From: Candidatus Saccharibacteria bacterium oral taxon 488
GTDB lineage: Bacteria > Patescibacteriota > Saccharimonadia > Saccharimonadales > Saccharimonadaceae
Direction of reading: 5' to 3'
Length of the DNA: 32,000 nt
Assembly: GCA_010202845.1 (NCBI GenBank)
Contig: CP047921.1
Span: 630,001 to 662,000 of the forward strand
Of this stretch, positions 7,843 to 15,208 are shown piece after piece. Below the pieces are notes generated by a model, which did not search any database, had not been told where the DNA came from, and saw nothing but the letters and a program-made list of their open reading frames with translations. Every line of letters begins with the position of its first letter. Within the stretch, counting starts at the first letter, position 1. Made by a program: the position numbers and the translations under genes.

Positions 7843-9505
7843 AATTTTCGGTATCAAAAATTTTCTTGGCGTTAATTATGTAATCTATCAAATAGTTAAT
7901 GGTCTCTACAGAGCAGTTCACTCCAAGTAGAACTATACGAAATGCTACAACTGGTTTACCATTGTGGTTATAAAATGATGCCGAGGATTTGCTGAAGGCT
8001 ATCTTTGGGTTTTTTCCTTCACGATCAACAAACCATTCGTAAAAGTTGCTGGTGTATTCTGTATTTGCCGCTAATATGCTGTCATCATATAGTTCCTTAT
8101 GGTGTTCGTTCTGTACGTCGGAACCTGTAACTATGGAACGTAAGAATATGTCTGTGGTCGCGGAGTTTTTATTTTCAATAATCATACCAGCAGCATTAAT
8201 ATCTTTCTCGCGATCAACAAATGCTTCGCGCATCTCAAGTGCATGCCCCAACAGGACCTGATAACCCTCTTTGCCGATAGTTTTTAGCGTTGCCCACGTT
8301 GCGACTATATTGGCGACAGATCTTGATGTTTCAATAGTGTATATACCAGGATTGTATTCATTTTCATCATGAAACAGTGGTGTCATAATATCTTTTTGAC
8401 GCTTCAAAAAATTAAAATCATCTTTATTCTTTAGAATAACCATGCTTGAATTATAGGGCGTGTAGCCTGTCTTGTGAAAATCTACTCCAAGCGAATCAGC
8501 AAAGCAGAACTTTCTCGCCATGTTGGCGTTGTGCTGCGCGCCCTTGAGGACTCGTACACTAAAACCGAGAGGGTTCTTATCAAAATCGTAATCTATAAAA
8601 TTTAGCCACACCCAGCCCAGGACGCTATCAACATGTATGTGCGGCGTGTAGCTTAGGCTATATTCTTTAATTAGTTGTGAACGAAGTTTATATATCTCTT
8701 CTACATCATCCATACCCATGCTGGATGTGGTTCCGCCTACAGCCTCAATGCAGGCGATCTTTTTTCCGCTATCAAGCGCTCGTCGACACACTTTTTCAAG
8801 ATCTGAAAGATCAGTTGTCTGATCAATATTTGTCTTTACTTTCAGATAATTATTCTGACCAATGCCTGTCCAGTTTGCTGAAGTTTGCTGACTATAATGT
8901 GATGCTGCGTTACCTATTACTACAGTATCATTGTCAATTACACCCTCCAATGCATGTTTTGGTTTAGCCTTGGCTAGTCCTATCTTTACTGCGTATAGGT
9001 TTGTGCCTGTTCCTCCAAAAGTAAATACACCTGATGCTTTTGTAGGGTCCATTCCGGCCATCTTAGCAATAGCTGACGCACAAGCTAATTCATCCTTGAG
9101 AGCCTCGCCAGCATCTTCTCCGGTAACCGCATTACCCATATATAACGACGTTGCTACGTAAGCTGCCAAATAAACAAAGTTTGGCTGTGGAATAATATTT
9201 TTTACCATTAAGGGACTGTGTGCCTTGACTGAGCGCTGCATCTCATTGGCTACTTGTTCGACAGTAGTGCTGTGAGAAAAGTTATAACGCTCAGGTATTG
9301 CAGCTGAGCTCATAACGTCGGTTATGGAAGTGTCTGAATCCGAAGGGTAAATTGGACCGTCACCTTGTCGTGCAATCATTGCCGCTACGGCGTTTTCAAC
9401 TAGTGTTATAAGCTTACTGCTGTTGTCTCCGTTTTCGCGTAGAAATAAAGACTCTTGCATGTCTGATAAAATGTCCTGGTATCTATTTGTCATGATTTTA
9501 ACCAT
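7835..9505 (-). CDS. Group II PLP-dependent amino-acid decarboxylase (tyrosine/aromatic decarboxylase-like)
   Basis: 'FTFGGTGTNLYAVKIG', 'HIHVDSVLGW' and the Schiff-base lysine motif 'DFHKTGYTPY'. The start is uncertain (GTG 9535, ATG 9505 or ATG 9493). Confidence 0.8.
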   Translation of the reverse strand: MVKIMTNRYQDILSDMQESLFLRENGDNSSKLITLVENAVAAMIARQGDGPIYPSDSDTSITDVMSSAAIPERYNFSHSTTVEQVANEMQRSVKAHSPLMVKNIIPQPNFVYLAAYVATSLYMGNAVTGEDAGEALKDELACASAIAKMAGMDPTKASGVFTFGGTGTNLYAVKIGLAKAKPKHALEGVIDNDTVVIGNAASHYSQQTSANWTGIGQNNYLKVKTNIDQTTDLSDLEKVCRRALDSGKKIACIEAVGGTTSSMGMDDVEEIYKLRSQLIKEYSLSYTPHIHVDSVLGWVWLNFIDYDFDKNPLGFSVRVLKGAQHNANMARKFCFADSLGVDFHKTGYTPYNSSMVILKNKDDFNFLKRQKDIMTPLFHDENEYNPGIYTIETSRSVANIVATWATLKTIGKEGYQVLLGHALEMREAFVDREKDINAAGMIIENKNSATTDIFLRSIVTGSDVQNEHHKELYDDSILAANTEYTSNFYEWFVDREGKNPKIAFSKSSASFYNHNGKPVVAFRIVLLGVNCSVETINYLIDYIINAKKIFDTENSI

Positions 9506-9593
9506 TAGTTTCTTAATACTATCTAATAATACCACACTGTTATCGTTCTGATGTAGTCAAGCTAATTGTTTACTTTTATGATATAACTATACC

Positions 9594-10334
9594 ATGGTTT
9601 CCTTTTTAAGTTATAATGTTGGCGGTGCACAGCAGTACGACCATGTGCTGGCAATTGCCAGGCTACTCCATACAATAAATACATCTATTGTCTGTTTGCA
9701 AGAAGCTAAATGGGCAAATGATGAATCGTTTGTAAACGATTTTGTCAAAAAATCAGGCTATAACAACTGTCGTATATGTCTTTCGTCTCGCACAGACAAC
9801 CACTCAATCGTTCTTTCTAATCTTCCCGTACTAGGAATGATTCCATTCAACCAAATGGCAAATTCCGGCATTATAGTTGATATAATGGCGAATATGCCAG
9901 TACGTGTCGCGGCTCTTCATCTTGCTCCCTCACCCGAGCAACAACGTGTTATCGAGCTAAATTCTATCCTGGGATACCTAAGCAATGATATGAATGTCGT
10001 AATGGCGGGCGACTTTAATGCGATCGCACCCAATGAGCATGCCCCAGTTCTAGGTTTGTCTAGCTCTGCTAAGCCAGAGTCTGTAAAACATGACGCAATC
10101 CAACTACTTATTAATTCCGGTTTTCATGATATCGGGAGAGAACATACTGTCAGCCCCATAGCCACGGTACCTCTCTCTGCCGATAGGGGTGTTACGTATC
10201 AAAACCTTCGACTAGACTATTTTTTCGTTAATACCAAGCTTGCTCCATTAGTTCGTTTATACCGTGTTATTGACACGTCAAAAACTCAAAATCTATCCGA
10301 CCATCTCCCTGTTTTTATGCAGCTAGGCGATTGA
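9594..10334 (+). CDS. Endonuclease/exonuclease/phosphatase (EEP) family protein
   Basis: 'VCLQEAKW', 'MAGDFNAI' and the C-terminal 'LSDHLPVFMQL' motif. TGATATAAC ends 6 nt before the ATG. Confidence 0.8.
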   Translation: MVSFLSYNVGGAQQYDHVLAIARLLHTINTSIVCLQEAKWANDESFVNDFVKKSGYNNCRICLSSRTDNHSIVLSNLPVLGMIPFNQMANSGIIVDIMANMPVRVAALHLAPSPEQQRVIELNSILGYLSNDMNVVMAGDFNAIAPNEHAPVLGLSSSAKPESVKHDAIQLLINSGFHDIGREHTVSPIATVPLSADRGVTYQNLRLDYFFVNTKLAPLVRLYRVIDTSKTQNLSDHLPVFMQLGD

Positions 10335-10359
10335 CGTAGTGCGGTATTTATATTACAAT
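10331..10359 (+). promoter_or_regulatory. Sigma70-type promoter TTGACG-17-TACAAT for the TyrRS paralog; implies a leaderless mRNA
   Basis: Hexamers at 10331-10336 and 10354-10359 with a 17-nt spacer. The ATG at 10366 lies 6 nt after the -10. Confidence 0.55.
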
Positions 10360-10365
10360 CGGACT

Positions 10366-11616
10366 ATGAGTTTTAGTGAGAAGTGGTTTAATCGTAGCAA
10401 TGAATCTCTTGAGGGTATTTCAACTGATGAATTCATCGGTTACGTTCAACCGAAAACACAAGAAGCAATAACAATGGATGGCATACGTGATCAACTTGAC
10501 TCCGGGCATCCTTTGAATGTTAAGTTTGGCACTGACCCAACTGGGCCAGATTTACACCTAGGTCATGTTGTTCCAATTCGTGTTCTTGATTTGTTTAGTC
10601 GTGCGGGTCATAATATTGACCTTGTATTTGGTGACTTTACAGCAAAGGTCGGTGACCCTAGTGGACGATCTAATGAGCGCCCTTTACTTTCTGATTCAAC
10701 AATCTCTGAAAACGTTTCGACTTTCCGTGATCAAGTAGATAAATATTTCGATACACACACCTCAAATGTAAAAGTTTCCAATAATAGTGCCTGGCTTGAT
10801 GAAATGTCACTATCTGACGTCTTTGAATACTTACAGGAAACGAATTTAAGTGAGGCTATGCAGCGTCGTGATTTCCGCAAGCGCATACTAGCTGGCAAGG
10901 CTATCAGTTTAGCAGAAGCGTTTTATCCAACAATGATGGGTATCGACTCAGTTGAACTCAAAACAGACATTGAGATTGGCGGAATTGACCAGCTATTAAA
11001 CTTTCAACAAACACGTAAGGTTCAACGTAACCAAGGTCAAGTTCCAGAAGATGTTATTATGACTCCAATTCTTGAAGGAACGTCTGGAGGTGGTGTAAAA
11101 ATGAGTAAGTCTCTTGGTAACTACGTACCTCTCAACGCTACGCCAGATGAAGTATATGGCAAGATGATGTCTATTCCTGATGATATCGTATTGAACTATA
11201 TAACAGCTTTTGCGCCCGTGCATACTGACGAGGTTTCCGGGCTGAAGCAAAGCATCGAATCTAGACCACTTGAGATGAAGAAACAACTGGCAACTTATTT
11301 AGCCGCCTTGTCAATTTCTAATATGGATGATGGTCTTGCCGCGAGAGAGCGGTTTGAGCGGCGCTTTGCAAGAAAAGAGTTTGCCGAGGATGATATGGAG
11401 AAACTTGTGAGCGGATCTGCTTTAATTGATTCACTTACCGCGACTGGTAAATATAAGTCGCGTAATGAAATTCGTCGGTTAGCAAAACAGGGTGGAATTA
11501 AGCTCGACGGTACATCTCTTTCAGAAGACGAGGTTATGACGACTACTCCCCCTATCGGATCTATTGTTACTGTTGGCAAGCGAACTATTTTTCGTATTGC
11601 CAAGTCCGAGGAATGA
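10366..11616 (+). CDS. Divergent tyrosyl-tRNA-synthetase paralog with an altered amino-acid pocket
   Basis: 'HLGH', 'GDFTAKVGDPSGR', 'GGIDQLLN', exact 'KMSKS' and S4-like 'SRNEIRRLAKQGGIKLDG'. However, it has 'KFGTDPT' and 'YPTMMGID' where TyrRS has Y...DPT and Y..LQ.YD. Confidence 0.85.
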   Translation: MSFSEKWFNRSNESLEGISTDEFIGYVQPKTQEAITMDGIRDQLDSGHPLNVKFGTDPTGPDLHLGHVVPIRVLDLFSRAGHNIDLVFGDFTAKVGDPSGRSNERPLLSDSTISENVSTFRDQVDKYFDTHTSNVKVSNNSAWLDEMSLSDVFEYLQETNLSEAMQRRDFRKRILAGKAISLAEAFYPTMMGIDSVELKTDIEIGGIDQLLNFQQTRKVQRNQGQVPEDVIMTPILEGTSGGGVKMSKSLGNYVPLNATPDEVYGKMMSIPDDIVLNYITAFAPVHTDEVSGLKQSIESRPLEMKKQLATYLAALSISNMDDGLAARERFERRFARKEFAEDDMEKLVSGSALIDSLTATGKYKSRNEIRRLAKQGGIKLDGTSLSEDEVMTTTPPIGSIVTVGKRTIFRIAKSEE

Positions 11617-11619
11617 TTG

Positions 11620-12501
11620 ATGGAGTTTACGCACCTAACGAAGCGACAGAATGAGGAGTCTATTGCCCCAGAAACTATTGACATTAGCTTAACGGGACGT
11701 TGCCAACTTGATTGTGCGTGGTGTTGGGGTGAAAAGCATACTATAGGTGTTAATCATGAAGCTGATGATTGGAACAATCTTCTTAACAATTTTTCATCTG
11801 AAGGCACCTCCCACGTTGTATTTACCGGAGGTGAACCTCTAATGGTTCCTTTTTTGCCAGATGTAGCGAAACATGCAAAGAATATTGGATTACGCACTAC
11901 TCTTTCGACCAACGGCATATTGTTGCCTAAACGCCATAAATCTATTATGCCGCACATTGATGACTTAGGATTACCTCTTGACGGTCCAACCAGTGGTGTC
12001 AATAAAAATATGCGTAAGGGTCGTATAGATAACTTCCTGAAAGTTATAGAAAGTGCAATGCTGGTCCAGGAAGAATATCCAGACACCTCGCTTACGATTC
12101 GTACTGTTATTGCCCGACCAAATATCAATTCTGTACCAGATATCCCTGAAGTTCTTGAACGGGAGGGGGTCGACCTTAGTAGATTGCGCTATAAAATGTA
12201 TCAAGTGGAACCGATTGGACCTCGCGCTACCGAAACAGCTACTGATTACTGGATGGTTGATGAGGCAGAGTGTTTAGAGGTTGCTAATCAAATCTCTCAA
12301 CGCTACCCAAATCTGCAACACACCCTTCAGCTTTATCGAAACACATCTGGAAGATACTATCAGATAATGCCTCAAGGTAACGCCTATGGAACATATATTG
12401 ATAGCAAAGGTACTCCGCATATGGTAGAGTTGGGGAATCCAATGACAGATTTTCGCAATGCTCTCGGCATGATAGCTACTCGCTACGCGTGCCTGTATTG
12501 A
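11620..12501 (+). CDS. Radical SAM enzyme (compact; single 4Fe-4S CX3CX2C motif)
   Basis: 'GRCQLDCAWCWG', 'VVFTGGEPLM' and 'LSTNG'. A GAGGAA SD lies upstream. The gene starts 4 nt after the TyrRS-paralog stop. Confidence 0.85.
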   Translation: MEFTHLTKRQNEESIAPETIDISLTGRCQLDCAWCWGEKHTIGVNHEADDWNNLLNNFSSEGTSHVVFTGGEPLMVPFLPDVAKHAKNIGLRTTLSTNGILLPKRHKSIMPHIDDLGLPLDGPTSGVNKNMRKGRIDNFLKVIESAMLVQEEYPDTSLTIRTVIARPNINSVPDIPEVLEREGVDLSRLRYKMYQVEPIGPRATETATDYWMVDEAECLEVANQISQRYPNLQHTLQLYRNTSGRYYQIMPQGNAYGTYIDSKGTPHMVELGNPMTDFRNALGMIATRYACLY

Positions 12502-13538
12502 TTCATAGCTTGACGCATATGATCATTGTAATCACGAATCTGCTTATATGTTTCGCTGAATCGTGGGTAAGTATCAAGATACGTCCAAATATCTTTGGAA
12601 TATATGGAAAGTTGACTCGTTAGTTCAGGATTTCGAGGCAGAGGTAATATCCAAAAATGCACACTCGCTGGCTTAAGATATTTTTCGTCGTGGTAAATAT
12701 GCGAGGTCTCGACCCCTAATTCAGCAACGTTTTCCTTAACTCGCTTAGCAATAATCATGCAATGATCAAAGTATTCTTGCGGCATCTTATCAATACTGCG
12801 ATAATGTTTTTTTGGACTAACTATATAGAACCCAGGTATTGCATATTTTGCGTCTTGTCGAACTACTAAATCCTCGTCTTCATACACTGGAGCCAGAACG
12901 TCATCTATTTCATTTGTAAATTTATCTAAAAACTCACCCTTTGACATAGTGTCATCACATAAAAAGGCTTGGAAGTTCTTTGCGCCACCAATACAAACAT
13001 AGTACTTTTTTCCTACCGGTGCCATAGGTAGTTCTAGTTCATCGTCAATTTCAAGGATTTCGTCAATGGTAGTCTCGTGCCATTCCTGGTCATGCTTTTT
13101 GTCGCCACTGGGTTGATAAGGAATTGCGTCATAGCCCCTTGTTTGATCCTCAAAACACCGTTCAGTAGCATTGTCATATTTTATCACATCTTGCAAGTCA
13201 TGGGCGTTATAGCTTTTAATATACGATTCAATGTGCGGCTGATACACTTCTACGTCAAAACGACTTGCCAATCTACCGATATGAAGCGGCAATGTAATAC
13301 TTGTCACGGGTTGTTCTGTATACTCTTCAACATAAAGTCCACACAATGCTATATCAAGACTTTTTAATCCAATGCGTAATTTACGTTGATAAGACGCTAG
13401 CAATCTTACCTCATCGTCAGATAGATCCGTAAATCGCTCTACGCCGCTCACGGGATTAATCGCATACATACCAGGAACATAGCTGTCTTGCGCCTGTTGT
13501 ATGGTAAAATGCTCACCCAGTTTCCTCGTATTACGCAA
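12483..13538 (-). CDS. Tandem degenerate HIT-like (GalT/Apa-like architecture) protein
   Basis: The C-terminal half 'IPGFYIVSPKKHYRSIDKM...ASVHFWILPL' resembles a HIT domain with only the central His of HxHxH. The N-terminal half 'VPGMYAINPVSGVERFTDL...ITLPLHIGRL' repeats the pattern. Confidence 0.45.
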   Translation of the reverse strand: MRNTRKLGEHFTIQQAQDSYVPGMYAINPVSGVERFTDLSDDEVRLLASYQRKLRIGLKSLDIALCGLYVEEYTEQPVTSITLPLHIGRLASRFDVEVYQPHIESYIKSYNAHDLQDVIKYDNATERCFEDQTRGYDAIPYQPSGDKKHDQEWHETTIDEILEIDDELELPMAPVGKKYYVCIGGAKNFQAFLCDDTMSKGEFLDKFTNEIDDVLAPVYEDEDLVVRQDAKYAIPGFYIVSPKKHYRSIDKMPQEYFDHCMIIAKRVKENVAELGVETSHIYHDEKYLKPASVHFWILPLPRNPELTSQLSIYSKDIWTYLDTYPRFSETYKQIRDYNDHMRQAMNQYRHA

Positions 13539-14799
13539 TTTTGTGGTTTCCTTTCTTTTGCAGCTTTACAATTATTTCCGCTGCTTTTGTTTGCAGATCA
13601 GATTCTGACTTTATATTGGTTGCATCGTGTATTATCGTAGCGATATGTTCACGTATATTATTGACATCCAGTTTAGACCTAGTGTATAGAGATATTAAGC
13701 TTGAGGGCGATTGTTCTACGATTGTGTTTATTGCCGCCAAAGGAGTCTGCTGGTGTGAGGCGCTCGCTATGGCATTAGTAGATAAGTTATCATCCATAAG
13801 CGCAAGTAATCCATTCATTACATAATGGTCTATTTTTTCACGATCACCGCTAGACCAACATTGCCTGACAAGTATTGACTCAAAGCGATTGATCACTCGG
13901 TACCTCGCTTCATTACGGCGTCGTACTACACATGCTGAAATGTCATGAAGTATGTCAATTTCGGTTGGATATATATCTGCAATAAGATGTCCTAGATCGT
14001 TTGGGCGAATGCAGTGTTTTTGCATTGATCGTACGGGCATCTCTGCGTCGAATACGATCTGTTCAATAATATTTCGTAAATCGCTATTATCAGTAAGATA
14101 TCCTGTCATATCTTTGAATGTTTGCTCATAACGAACAAGTTGGGGTTCTTCTAACTTATATTCAATTATCTTACTCAATAGTTCTTCAAGGATATGTCTA
14201 TCAAATAAATAGCTCCAGTTTAGCAAGAAGTTCGTGTACCACAAGCGATTGAGTCGAACTGGCATATTTAGCTTGCTAAGCACAACATCCTCGAGGTCTA
14301 GCAAATACATCTCGTTATTAACCTCTATAATATTGCGCGGCAGGAACCCTGAGTGTACAATGCCGCGACCCATTAGGAATTCAATAATTTCAATGTATTG
14401 TTTGGCTTCCAGCTTAGGAAAGGCTGCCTCATAGGATAATGTATTTAAGTCCTTACCTATAAATGGCAAAACTAAGTACGCTTGTTTAATATTTCCCACC
14501 ACATCAATTATATCAGGCACTACTACTCGTAGAGTCATCCCGCAGATATTTGTGCCGTCGATAATCTTACTGGTGCGAGCTGACTTATTTAACTCATCCC
14601 TAGCCTTGATTCGATCGCATCGTTTTGCTATATAGCATATACCGTTATATTCGAATTTACGAAAACGATCTTCTACGTCGTAAAACCAAACACCAGGATT
14701 ATATTGTTCATTATTATTGCTATAGGCTTGTTGTGTACGTTCTTCTAGGGTTAAGGCACGGTTCATGTAAATACGCTTGCTTTTCTTATGGGTGACCAT
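13531..14799 (-). CDS. Protein-kinase-like fold protein lacking the catalytic Asp, with a C-terminal helical domain
   Basis: 'CYIAKR' (beta3 Lys), 'GIVHSGFLPRNII' (HxD..N loop with Asp replaced by Gly) and 'YLLDLEDV' (DFG-equivalent Asp). A TATAAT box ends 7 nt before the ATG at 14799. Confidence 0.45.
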   Translation of the reverse strand: MVTHKKSKRIYMNRALTLEERTQQAYSNNNEQYNPGVWFYDVEDRFRKFEYNGICYIAKRCDRIKARDELNKSARTSKIIDGTNICGMTLRVVVPDIIDVVGNIKQAYLVLPFIGKDLNTLSYEAAFPKLEAKQYIEIIEFLMGRGIVHSGFLPRNIIEVNNEMYLLDLEDVVLSKLNMPVRLNRLWYTNFLLNWSYLFDRHILEELLSKIIEYKLEEPQLVRYEQTFKDMTGYLTDNSDLRNIIEQIVFDAEMPVRSMQKHCIRPNDLGHLIADIYPTEIDILHDISACVVRRRNEARYRVINRFESILVRQCWSSGDREKIDHYVMNGLLALMDDNLSTNAIASASHQQTPLAAINTIVEQSPSSLISLYTRSKLDVNNIREHIATIIHDATNIKSESDLQTKAAEIIVKLQKKGNHKIA

Positions 14800-14849
14800 A
14801 TGGTTTATTATATGGTATTATTTTTTTCTAATATTATCAATAGACAGTA

Positions 14850-15200
14850 GGGGGCGGTCTCATTCAGCCCTTAACTTCTATACTAAATATAGCAACGTCC
14901 ATACTTACCCCGCTCACTCGACATACGCCTTGCTGGCGCAGTCAAGATGAGCGGATGTAAGAATGAACGAGCTTATGTTGGAAGCTGGCAAGATTAGTTG
15001 ATGGATTGTTATCTTATTTCACAAAAAGACAAGCCAGCTAGCGCGTACTGCGCTGGCGCACAAAACGCGCCACCTGTCTATCATTTGCGAAATAAGCCTA
15101 GTCCTAGAAGCTACGCGGCGGCTTTCGTGCGACCATTGCAAGCTCGCCGGAGGGCGCGCCTTGCAACCATCGCACGGCCGATTGACATATACGTATCCTT
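14850..15200. other. GC-rich, hairpin-dense non-coding spacer: candidate structured RNA, attenuator or oriT
   Basis: No convincing ORF. Nested hairpins include CCGCTCA(14909-14915)/TGAGCGG(14948-14954) enclosing GCGCC-AGCAA-GGCGT (minus-strand reading), and TTGCAAG..CGCC-CTCC-GGCG..CTTGCAA around 15135-15165. AT-rich promoter DNA flanks it. Confidence 0.4.
15020..15057 (-). terminator. Intrinsic terminator on the minus strand downstream of the Replic_Relax-like gene
   Basis: The minus strand reads GCCAGCGC-AGTACGC-GC(TA)GCTGGC followed by TTGTCTTTTTGTG. Its 5' arm shares 4 nt with an upstream hairpin TGGCGC-GTTTTGT-GCGCCA (plus 15054-15072). Confidence 0.5.
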
Positions 15201-15208
15201 AGATTATT

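Larger units (their letters stand above)
5940..14850. other. Lower-GC accessory island, about 8.9 kb with nine genes
   Basis: Hand-counted 60-nt lines inside the island (8041, 12001, 14101) give 32-35% GC. Hand-counted flank lines at 1021 and 29401 give 50% and 67%, and line 22381 also looks GC-rich by eye. Edges are approximate. Confidence 0.6.

Noticed and set aside
5984-14846. A 9-bp inverted repeat, TGTCTATTG (5984-5992) and CAATAGACA (14838-14846), near both edges of the low-GC island, considered as possible terminal repeats.
   Set aside because: It is too short. I roughly estimate a ~10% chance of such a match between two ~150-bp AT-rich windows. It does not extend, and there is no adjacent transposase.
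14850-15200. Possible tmRNA (ssrA). This was attractive because islands often integrate at ssrA, and the minus strand contains a tag-like frame ending GCC GCC GCG TAG (AAA*).
   Set aside because: Neither strand has the tRNA-like ends: no 5' GGGG...TTCGAC, no 3' T-arm GGTTCGAnTCC, and no acceptor complement followed by ACCA. The putative tag would read ACNGRTKAAA, with an atypical Cys. I kept the region only as an unclassified structured element.
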